NCBI GenBank assembly: GCA_039028615.1
Contig: JBCCHT010000006.1
Span: 96,001-160,000, forward strand
Source: Myxococcota bacterium
GTDB lineage: Bacteria > Myxococcota_A > Polyangia > Nannocystales > Nannocystaceae
DNA: 64,000 bases
Reading direction: 5' to 3'
The first letter of the stretch is position 1, and every line of letters begins with the position of its first letter. Positions 32,405-40,552 of the stretch are shown in pieces. The translations under genes and the position numbers were made by a program. The notes under the pieces are model-generated. The model was not told the origin of the DNA, did no database searches, and saw only the letters and a program-made list of their open reading frames with translations.

Positions 32405-34975
32405 ATGTCCCGTTTCGCGCCCGTTTGGGGGCTCGCATTCGGGGTGTTCGCGGTCGCGTGCACCCCGGTCGGCGCCCCACCCCTGGATCTCGAGTACCCC
32501 GAGGACGATGACTTCGTCGACCACGACGAGCTCGTACCCGAGCAAGAGGTCGAAGACGCCGACGACGAGGCCGAGGTCGACCCCGAGCCCGTCGCCGAGC
32601 TTCCCGACGATCTGTGCGCAGGCCGTGCAGGCACCGGGGAAGCGGTCGAGGTCGATGATCCGCAAGAGCCCGGCGCAGGGCGGCTGCTCACCGAGCTGCC
32701 CAACGGCAAGGTCATGGCGCTGCCCCTGCGGCACACCAGCTTCGAGACCATCGTGGTCGGCACCGTGGCCGAGACCACGGTGACGCAGCAATTCGACAAC
32801 CCGCTCGAGGAGTCGGTCGACGTCCTGTACACCTTCCCGCTGCCGCACGACGGAGCGGTCGACGACTACTGGATGCAGGTGGGCAAGCGTCGGATCGCGG
32901 GCGAGATCCACCGTCGCAAGGACGCCGAGAAGATCTACGAGGAGGCCAAAGAGAAGGGGCAGCGTGCCGGTCTGCTGACCCAAGAGCGGCCCAACATCTT
33001 CACCCAACACGTCGCCAACATCCGGCCCGGAGAGTCGATCGCGGTCAGCATGCATGTCGTGCAGCCGCTGCGCCCCGACGAAGGGCGCTACGAGCTGGTC
33101 CTGCCCACCGTGGTCGGTCCTCGCTTCATCCCTGGCAACCCCACCGGTGGCGCGCCGTCGGGCTCGGGCATGCTCGCGGATACCGACGCGGTGCCCGATG
33201 CCTCGCGCATCACCCCCCCGATCTTGCCGAAGGGCTTCCGCAGCTGCGGCGACCTGGAGATCGAGGTCTCCATCGACGCGGGCGGGCCCATCACCGCGCT
33301 GGCGACCACGTCGCACCGCATCGAGGCCGAGGTCGACGATCTGGGCGCCCAGATCCGGCTCGACGAGCGCTACGCCCTGCTCAACCGCGACTTCGTTCTC
33401 TCGTGGCGTCGCGAGGGCAGCGAGCCCAAGGCCACCCTGCAGGCGCAGCCCGATGCCGATGGTGACGGCGGCTACTTCACGCTCACCGTTCAGCCGCCGC
33501 GCACCATCGACCCCGACCAGGTCCCCGGCCGCGAGATCGTGTTCGTGCTCGACACCTCGGGCTCGATGTCGGGCGCCCCGATGGACATGGCCAAGGCCAC
33601 CATGCGGCGCTTCATCGGCGGCCTCGGCCCCGACGACGCGTTCCAGGTCGTCCGCTTCTCCGAGTCCGCCTCCGGGCTCGGTGAAGAGATGCTCGAGGTC
33701 ACCCCCGACAACGTCACACGAGCCCTGGAGTACGTCGAAGCCCTGTCGGGCGGCGGTGGTACCCGCATGACCGAGGGCATCCGCGCCTCGCTCGGCCTGC
33801 CGCACCGCAGCGATCGCCTGCGCTACGTCGTGTTCCTGACCGACGGCTACATCGGCAACGAGTCCGAGATCTTCGAGCTCATCTCCGAGCAGATCGGGGA
33901 GGCACGCCTGTTCTCGTTGGGCGTCGGCTCCTCGGTCAACCGCTACCTCCTCGATGGCATGGCTCGCATGGGGCGGGGCAGCGTCACCTACGTCGACCTC
34001 GATCAGCCCACCGCACCGGTCGTCGAGCGCATCTACGACAAGCTACGTCAGCCCGCGCTGGTCGACCTCGAGGTCGACGTCGAAGGCCTCGATGTCCGCA
34101 CCATGGTGCCCAGCGTCGTCCCCGACCTCTTCGTCGGTGAGCCCGTGGTCCTCTTCGGCCGCTACGAGGGCACGCTGGACGGTGAAGTCACCGTGCGTGG
34201 CCGCCAGGGCAGCGAGCGCCTCGAGCTCCCCGTGCCCCTGCGGGCGGTCCGAGACGAAGACTCCGAGGGCGTGCGTTCCATGTGGGCCCGCGAGAGCATC
34301 GACGATCTGCTGCTCGACCCCACGCTGGCGTGGGCCGGCGAGCCCCGCAAGGGCGCGGTGAAAAAGCAGGTCATCGCCCTGTCGCTCGAGCACCGGGTGC
34401 TCACCGAGTACACCGCGTTCGTCACCGTCGATCGCACCCGCGTGGTCGATGGCCGCAGCCGGGGCAAGACCCTCGTGCAGGGCGTCGAGATGGCGGCCGG
34501 CGTCGCCCATGAGTCCAGCTGGGGTCACGTCGGGCTCCCGCCGAGCTCCAACACCGGCCTCATCGGCAAGGGCGGCGGCGGAGGCACGGGCAGCGGCTAC
34601 GGTCGCGGATCGGGCACGGGCTTCGGGGGTCGCGGCAAGCGAGTGCCCCGCGTGCGCCAGGCCAAGGCCCGGGTCATGGGCTCCATCGACCGCTCCATCA
34701 TCCGCCGCATCGTGCGGGCCCACATCAACGAGGTCCGGCGCTGCTACAACCAGGGGCTGGTCCAGGACCCGAACCTCTCCGGGCGCGTCGCGATCCAGTT
34801 CGTCATCGGCGCCAACGGCAAGGTCGAGGCGGCGATGGTCAACGAGACCACCCTCAAGAACAAGAAGGTGGGCAACTGCATCGCCAAGGCGGTCAAGACC
34901 TGGAAGTTCCCCACGCCCGCCGAGGGGAGCGGCAAGGTCGTGGTGACCTACCCCTTCGTGCTCAACCCGGGCTGA
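32405..34975 (+). CDS. VIT + VWA lipoprotein with C-terminal AgmX/PglI (TonB_C-like) domain
   Basis: AVAC lipobox, VIT motifs (YTFPLP, QERPNIF), MIDAS DTSGSM and FLTDG, Gly linker, IIRRIVRAH..VRRCY..WKFP..VTYPF. Confidence 0.88.
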   Translation: MSRFAPVWGLAFGVFAVACTPVGAPPLDLEYPEDDDFVDHDELVPEQEVEDADDEAEVDPEPVAELPDDLCAGRAGTGEAVEVDDPQEPGAGRLLTELPNGKVMALPLRHTSFETIVVGTVAETTVTQQFDNPLEESVDVLYTFPLPHDGAVDDYWMQVGKRRIAGEIHRRKDAEKIYEEAKEKGQRAGLLTQERPNIFTQHVANIRPGESIAVSMHVVQPLRPDEGRYELVLPTVVGPRFIPGNPTGGAPSGSGMLADTDAVPDASRITPPILPKGFRSCGDLEIEVSIDAGGPITALATTSHRIEAEVDDLGAQIRLDERYALLNRDFVLSWRREGSEPKATLQAQPDADGDGGYFTLTVQPPRTIDPDQVPGREIVFVLDTSGSMSGAPMDMAKATMRRFIGGLGPDDAFQVVRFSESASGLGEEMLEVTPDNVTRALEYVEALSGGGGTRMTEGIRASLGLPHRSDRLRYVVFLTDGYIGNESEIFELISEQIGEARLFSLGVGSSVNRYLLDGMARMGRGSVTYVDLDQPTAPVVERIYDKLRQPALVDLEVDVEGLDVRTMVPSVVPDLFVGEPVVLFGRYEGTLDGEVTVRGRQGSERLELPVPLRAVRDEDSEGVRSMWARESIDDLLLDPTLAWAGEPRKGAVKKQVIALSLEHRVLTEYTAFVTVDRTRVVDGRSRGKTLVQGVEMAAGVAHESSWGHVGLPPSSNTGLIGKGGGGGTGSGYGRGSGTGFGGRGKRVPRVRQAKARVMGSIDRSIIRRIVRAHINEVRRCYNQGLVQDPNLSGRVAIQFVIGANGKVEAAMVNETTLKNKKVGNCIAKAVKTWKFPTPAEGSGKVVVTYPFVLNPG

Positions 34976-34991
34976 ACGAAGGCACCCACGA

Positions 34992-35028
34992 CGAGGGCTC
35001 GCGATGGTCGACCATCGCGGGCCCTTTT
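34992..35028 (+). terminator. Rho-independent terminator
   Basis: GAGGGCTCGCGATGG-TCGA-CCATCGCGGGCCCTT followed by TT. Confidence 0.75.
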
Positions 35029-35047
35029 GCGTGCGGAAGAGTCGGCC

Positions 35048-35758
35048 TCAGCCCTCGCTGGTCCGAGGCCAGCGCCCGTAGTGGTAGTCGATGGCGTCGA
35101 GGAACTCGCGCGAGTAGGCGCGACGGCGGGCGATCTTCCGGTAGAAGACCTCGCCCTCGGTATCGACGATGTACACCGCATGCAGGGCCAGCTCGGGCAC
35201 GTCCGGGTTCACCAGGCCGAACTCGCGGATGAGCTTCATGTCGGGGTCGCTGCCCAGCGGCATGGTCAGCCCCTTCTTCTCCGCCCAGGGCAGGCTGTTT
35301 TCGGGGACGTCCACGCTCACCGCGAACACGGTCACGCCGCGCTCGTCGAAGTCCGCCATGTGTTCTTGCAGATCACCTATCTGCGTGTTGCAGGCGGGTC
35401 ACCAAAAGCCCCGGTAGAACATCACCAGCACGGGGCCGGCCTTGCGCGCCTGGGCGAGTGAGAACGAGCCGCCGTCGGCCAGCGCCACCTCGAAGTCGGG
35501 GAGCTTGGCGCCCATGCCCGGGGCACCGGGGGCATCGCCATAGGCTCCGTAGGCCGGATCGGTGATCGCCATCGGGGCCTTGCTGCGACTGCTCGGCTTG
35601 TACATCGGCGGGGGCGGCCCCTCGGGCTCGGCCTGCTCCGCGGCGGTGGGCGGCGCGGAGGGAGCCTCGGACTCCCCCGGGCTCGAGGACGAGGTCCCGC
35701 CACAGGCGAGGCCGAAGACGCTCAGCAACAGACCAGGGATCGCATTGGGTCGGGTCAT
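35048..35758 (-). CDS. Probable selenoprotein: lipoprotein AhpC/TSA (peroxiredoxin-like) with Sec at in-frame TGA 35399-35401
   Basis: Two same-frame ORFs join across one TGA to read VLVMFYRGFW-U-PACNTQ...GVTVFAVSVD...SDPD...AVYIVD. A hairpin follows the TGA. Confidence 0.85.
35368..35384 (-). promoter_or_regulatory. Candidate bacterial SECIS hairpin
   Basis: GCAGAU-AGGUG-AUCUGC. The apical loop starts 20 nt after the UGA and has G at loop position 2. Confidence 0.65.
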
Positions 35759-35919
35759 GGGCGGCAGGGCTCGAGTCGGAAGCGTACCGAATCCGCGCGA
35801 GGTTACTCGGCGGAGTTCACGCTGGCATTTTGCCTTCGATCCGAGCCCGGGCGCGCGCCGTAAGGGACCTTGCCAGCCGGGAACACCGACACCTCCCACC
35901 TTCCCCGACGCCGACCGCC

Positions 35920-37050
35920 ATGCCTTCATTTGCCTCGCTGCTGCCTCGGAGCGCCCGTTCGCGGGCCTTCGCCACCCTCGCCGTCGCCGGCGTGGGCCTG
36001 GTTCCCGCGCTCGCCTCCGGTCACGCCAGCCCCCGCGCCCGAGTCCACGCCGAGTCCACCGAGACCGGCGCATCGGTGCGGGTCGAGGTCGACGCGGTCG
36101 ATGCCGCGGTCGCGCTGGGTCTGGGCACGTCGATCGAGCCCGACGAGCTGAGCACCCACGCCCCGCTCGTTCGCCGCTGGCTCGCGCAGGGCCTCCGGGT
36201 GGATGACGAAGCCGGCCCTTGCCGCGCCCGCCCCCAAGCGCCCGTGCTCCGCGGTGAAGACATCGACGCGGTGGTGAGCCTCGACGTCGACTACCTCTGC
36301 CCGGAGAGCTCCGGCGCGGTCGTGCTGCACGACGATGGTTTCGCCGACGAAGGCCCCACCCACGAGACCTTCGTCTCCGTTCGCCAGGGTGACCGGGTCA
36401 GCGCGCATGTGCTGCGTCGCGACGCCTCCAGCGTCAGCCTCGGTCGCCCGCCTCGTGCCTCCGAGACCGCCGCCACCTTCGTGGGCGAGGGCGCCCGGCA
36501 CCTCGTCGCCGGCTACGACCACCTGCTCTTTCTGATCTCGCTGATCCTCGGCGCGGGACTGCTCGTCGAGCGCGAGGGCCTCCGGCGGGCACTGGTCGAC
36601 GTCGCCAGGGTCGTCACCGCCTTCACCCTCGGCCACAGCCTGAGCCTCGGCGCCGCGGCCCTCGGCCTCGTCGTGCTACCCGAGCGTGCGGTCGAGCTCG
36701 CGATCGCCGGATCCATCGTGCTCGTCGCGATGAGCAATGTCGTGCGCCCCAAGGCCGCCGCCAATTCCTGGCTGGCCGGCGCCTTCGGCCTGCTGCACGG
36801 CTTCGGCTTCTCCTCGGTCCTGATGGAGCTGGGTCTGCCCCCCACCCATCGGGTCCTCGCCTTGCTGTCGTTCAACGTCGGCATCGAGCTCGCGCAGCTG
36901 GCCTTCGTCGCCATCGTGTTGATGCCGCTGTCCGTCGCGGCGCGCTCTGCCGCCTACCAACGCTTCGTGCTCCAGGGTGCATCCCTGGCGATCGCGGCCT
37001 GCGGTGGTCTGTGGGTCATCGAGCGCAGCCTCGGTCTGTTTGTGTCCTAG
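35920..37050 (+). CDS. HupE/UreJ family membrane protein
   Basis: GYDHLLFL, VTAFTLGHSLSL, FGLLHGFGF and SFNVGIELAQ. Confidence 0.88.
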   Translation: MPSFASLLPRSARSRAFATLAVAGVGLVPALASGHASPRARVHAESTETGASVRVEVDAVDAAVALGLGTSIEPDELSTHAPLVRRWLAQGLRVDDEAGPCRARPQAPVLRGEDIDAVVSLDVDYLCPESSGAVVLHDDGFADEGPTHETFVSVRQGDRVSAHVLRRDASSVSLGRPPRASETAATFVGEGARHLVAGYDHLLFLISLILGAGLLVEREGLRRALVDVARVVTAFTLGHSLSLGAAALGLVVLPERAVELAIAGSIVLVAMSNVVRPKAAANSWLAGAFGLLHGFGFSSVLMELGLPPTHRVLALLSFNVGIELAQLAFVAIVLMPLSVAARSAAYQRFVLQGASLAIAACGGLWVIERSLGLFVS

Positions 37051-37125
37051 GCCCTCGCGGCCTCCATAACCCCCTCGAGTCCGGCGATCCGTCTCACCGC
37101 GGCGCATCGCCACGGAGCAATCCCC

Positions 37126-38094
37126 ATGCAACAACGAACATGCATCCTGCCCTGCGCTCTCGTGCTCGTCACGATCGCCGGCTGTACCACGGAGGGCGAC
37201 ACCGCGTTGCCCACCACCCCCCCGACCCACGTCGAGCTCGTCGCCGACAGCGGCTTTCGCCACGCGGGCGCCGTGGCGGCGAGCCCCGACGGGCAGACCT
37301 TCTACACGACCGCCTACGACGACGACGATCGGCCCGGCATCTTCGCCATCGATGCCGAGAGCGGGAGCGTGACCGCCCTGCACGTGGGCGAGCCGCTGCT
37401 CTATCCCACCGATCTGACCCTCTCCTGCGACGGCGGCACCCTTTATGTGTCCGACCAGGGCATCGGCAGCTCGGACACCGAGTTCGGCGACCCCACCACG
37501 CCCACCGACACGACGGGAGGCATCCACACCCTCAGCACGGCGGGCGGCTCCATTGCCACGCTGGCCGCCCACGGCATCTCCCGGGCCGCGGGAGTCGTGC
37601 TCGATCCCGAGTGCGAGACGCTCTACATCACGGGCGACACCGAGATGTTCCGCCCCGCGCTGTTCACCGTCCCCGTGGGCGGAGGCTCGGCCACCATCGT
37701 GCACGAAGGCGCGCCCCTGGTCTCCCCCACCGGTCTGCACGTCGACGCGGACCAGATCGCCTGGGTCATGGACCACGGCGCCCGCAACGAGCAAGGCGAA
37801 GGCCTGCTCTTTTCCATCAGCCTCGATGGCGAGGTCGGCGAGGTGGTGGGAGGCCTGGGCATGGGTCGTCATGGCGGCGTCTCCCTCGTTCCCGGAGGCA
37901 CCACCGCCGTCATCCCCGTTCGCGACGAGCGTGGTCAGTCGCAGCTGCTGACCGCCAACACGGCCACGGGCGAGGTCAGCTCCTTGCCCACGCCCGACAT
38001 CACCCATCCCACGGGTGTCGCCTCTGCCCGCAACGCTCCGGTGATGGTCGTCGCCGGAGAGCAGTCCATCAGCATCGCCACCTTCGAGCCCTAG
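37126..38094 (+). CDS. NHL/SMP-30-like beta-propeller lipoprotein
   Basis: IAGC lipobox, SPDGQTFY and PTGL.VD repeats. Confidence 0.7.
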   Translation: MQQRTCILPCALVLVTIAGCTTEGDTALPTTPPTHVELVADSGFRHAGAVAASPDGQTFYTTAYDDDDRPGIFAIDAESGSVTALHVGEPLLYPTDLTLSCDGGTLYVSDQGIGSSDTEFGDPTTPTDTTGGIHTLSTAGGSIATLAAHGISRAAGVVLDPECETLYITGDTEMFRPALFTVPVGGGSATIVHEGAPLVSPTGLHVDADQIAWVMDHGARNEQGEGLLFSISLDGEVGEVVGGLGMGRHGGVSLVPGGTTAVIPVRDERGQSQLLTANTATGEVSSLPTPDITHPTGVASARNAPVMVVAGEQSISIATFEP

Positions 38095-38102
38095 GAGCCA
38101 TC

Positions 38103-39392
38103 ATGTCCATCTTCAGCCGTACCCTCGTTTCCTCCTGTGTCGCCCTCGCGGCCTTCGCCGGTCTCCCCTCGCTGGCCGAGGCCTCCAGCCACCGCGAGGC
38201 CCCCTCGATCGCCGAAGATCAATTCGCCGACAACACCGACGTCTACGCCTTCATCAGCCCCACCGACCCCGACAACCTGGTGATGGTGGCCAACTACGTG
38301 CCGCTGCTCATCCCCCACTCGGGGCCCAACTTCTACCGCTTCTCCGACAACGTGCGGTACGAGATCCTGATCGACAGCGACGGTGATGCCTACGCGGACA
38401 CCGTGTATCACTGGGTCTTTCACACCACGACCAGCAACGGCCAGACCTTCCTGTACAACACCGGCCCCATCAACTCGCTGACCGACGCCAACCTCAACGT
38501 CCGCCAGACCTACGACCTGTACAAGGCGGTCATCGGCCCCGGCGGATCCAAGGAGGTCACCAAGGTCGTCGAGGATGCCCCCGTCGCCCCCTGGCATGTC
38601 GGCGACCGCAGCTTCTCCGACTATGAAGGGGTCGCCCAAGAGGCCATCACTCCCACCGCCGACGGCGGCATGGTGTTCGCAGGGCCGCGCGACGAGCCCT
38701 TCTTCGTGGACCTGCACGTGTTCGACCTGCTCGGTGTCGGTGGAGCGCCGACCACCGATGGCGTCAATGTCATGTCGCTCGTGCTCGAGATCCCGATCAC
38801 CGAGCTGACCGGTGGCGAACGCCCCGCGGCGGGCTCCGATGGTCCCGACTCGGTCGTCGGAATCTACGCTCGATCCAAGCGCCCCAAGGTCACCGTGCGT
38901 ACCCCCTACGCCTTCGACATCAACGGGGGTGGCTTCCAGCAGGTCTCTCGCTTGGCCTGGCCGCTGATCAACGAGGTCGTCGTGCCCTTGCAGGACAAGG
39001 ACCTGTACAACCGCACGCACCCCGCCGATGACGTCGCCAACTTCGGCGCCTATATCCTCGACCCGGAGCTGCCCGGCCTGCTCAACGGTGTGCTCGGAGC
39101 CGGCTGTGCCCCCACCCCCGAAGGAGGTCGTACCGACATCGTGGGGCTGCTGTCGCCCAACGGCACCACCCCCGCCGATCTGCTACGCATCAACATCACC
39201 GAGGGGCAGACCTTTGAGAACAGCGGCTTCCCCAACGGCCGTACGCTCTCCGACGACGTCACCGACACCCTGCTGACCGTGGTCTGCAACAACGGTGCGC
39301 CGCTGGGTGATGGTGTGGATGGCAACGACCTGCCCTTCCTCGACGCCATGCCCTATCTCGCGTCGCCGCACTCCGGCAACCCGCTGAACTGA
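38103..39392 (+). CDS. DUF4331 domain secreted protein
   Basis: Signal peptide + ASSHREAP, DNTDVYAF, FAGPRDEPFFVD and GFPNGR...DDVTD. Confidence 0.88.
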   Translation: MSIFSRTLVSSCVALAAFAGLPSLAEASSHREAPSIAEDQFADNTDVYAFISPTDPDNLVMVANYVPLLIPHSGPNFYRFSDNVRYEILIDSDGDAYADTVYHWVFHTTTSNGQTFLYNTGPINSLTDANLNVRQTYDLYKAVIGPGGSKEVTKVVEDAPVAPWHVGDRSFSDYEGVAQEAITPTADGGMVFAGPRDEPFFVDLHVFDLLGVGGAPTTDGVNVMSLVLEIPITELTGGERPAAGSDGPDSVVGIYARSKRPKVTVRTPYAFDINGGGFQQVSRLAWPLINEVVVPLQDKDLYNRTHPADDVANFGAYILDPELPGLLNGVLGAGCAPTPEGGRTDIVGLLSPNGTTPADLLRINITEGQTFENSGFPNGRTLSDDVTDTLLTVVCNNGAPLGDGVDGNDLPFLDAMPYLASPHSGNPLN

Positions 39393-39431
39393 CGCCAGCT
39401 CGACTCGGCGCCAACCGTCGATTCCTGCCAC

Positions 39432-39459
39432 GCGGCGATGCTCGAAGGAGCATCGCCGC
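39432..39459 (+). terminator. Perfect hairpin after the DUF4331 operon
   Basis: GCGGCGATGCTC-GAAG-GAGCATCGCCGC, with a weak T tail. Confidence 0.6.
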
Positions 39460-39591
39460 TCGTTCATCTGCCGGTGTCATTGCCTGATGGAAGGTCCCTC
39501 ACCGAGGCCCGCGGATCACCGATTGGGCGATAAATCTTTTCGCTTTGGATCGAGTTGCCGCCCCTACGACGCCCCCCTATGTTGACCTCGT

Positions 39592-40542
39592 ATGGATGGG
39601 ATACGGGTTCGTTGTTTGGCTCTGCTCTACGTGGGTTCGACGCTCGCATGCGCGGCGGGTACCGATTCGGGCAGGCCATTTTCTTTCGATTCGACCACCC
39701 CCGCGGCGGAGTCCGGCGATGCGATGGACTCCGAGCCCGGGACCGATGGCGACGCACAGGCCGAGGGGGCCAGCGGGGGCAACGATGGTGATTCAGGAGA
39801 CACCGACGGGGGATTCGAGACCGATACGGGGGACGACGAGCCTCTGCCCGAGTGCCCCGCCCCCGATGGCTCGGTCACCGCGGGCTTCGTCGTGTCCATC
39901 GACCGCGAGCCCGTCGTCATCGACTATTCCGAGCACTCCGCACCCGCGCCCTTCGTACCCCTGGCGTGGAACATCCGTGACTCCGAGCCGGAAATCGACT
40001 CGACCTGCGTGCTCACCGAGATGACCACTACCACGCTGGGGCTCGAGTGCGACGACACCACGGGGATCCAGCGCAGCATCTCGATCGACCTCATGGGCTC
40101 GGAGGCGCTGTCCACCAATGTCGGCACGGCCGCGGTGCACTTTTGGTACATGGCCGAGCACATCGGCGACATGCTCGAGGCCAACCCCGACACCATCGCC
40201 AACTCGTTCGTCGTTTCGAACGACGAGGGCGTAGTGCTCGCGGGGATCGATGGGCGCTATGCCGCGATCAATGCGTTCATGAGTACCGCCTGGCCGTCGC
40301 CGCTCTCTGGCTCGAACGGCGGCGAGCCCTGCAGCGGCGCCACCCCGACTCCGGGGCTGCGCACCATGGCCACCATCGGCGTGGGCGCGGGACAGCAGCT
40401 GCAGTCGTACGACGGTACGGCGACCAACCTCGGCGAGTATCGGGCGCTGATCGAGCGTTCCACCACCGAGCGCTCGCCCGATCCGCTCGGCGAAGAAGGC
40501 GATGTCCATATCGGTCGTTGGCTGCTGGGACGACCGGGCTGA
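39592..40542 (+). CDS. Hypothetical lipoprotein
   Basis: TLAC lipobox and an acidic linker. Confidence 0.65.
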   Translation: MDGIRVRCLALLYVGSTLACAAGTDSGRPFSFDSTTPAAESGDAMDSEPGTDGDAQAEGASGGNDGDSGDTDGGFETDTGDDEPLPECPAPDGSVTAGFVVSIDREPVVIDYSEHSAPAPFVPLAWNIRDSEPEIDSTCVLTEMTTTTLGLECDDTTGIQRSISIDLMGSEALSTNVGTAAVHFWYMAEHIGDMLEANPDTIANSFVVSNDEGVVLAGIDGRYAAINAFMSTAWPSPLSGSNGGEPCSGATPTPGLRTMATIGVGAGQQLQSYDGTATNLGEYRALIERSTTERSPDPLGEEGDVHIGRWLLGRPG

Positions 40543-40552
40543 CCGCGAGCGC

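Noticed and set aside
31283..34975. Kinase and VIT-VWA ORFs are in frame across a single TGA (possible readthrough)
   Set aside because: There is no Cys-motif context, and the downstream gene has its own promoter candidate and lipoprotein signal. The shared frame is likely chance.
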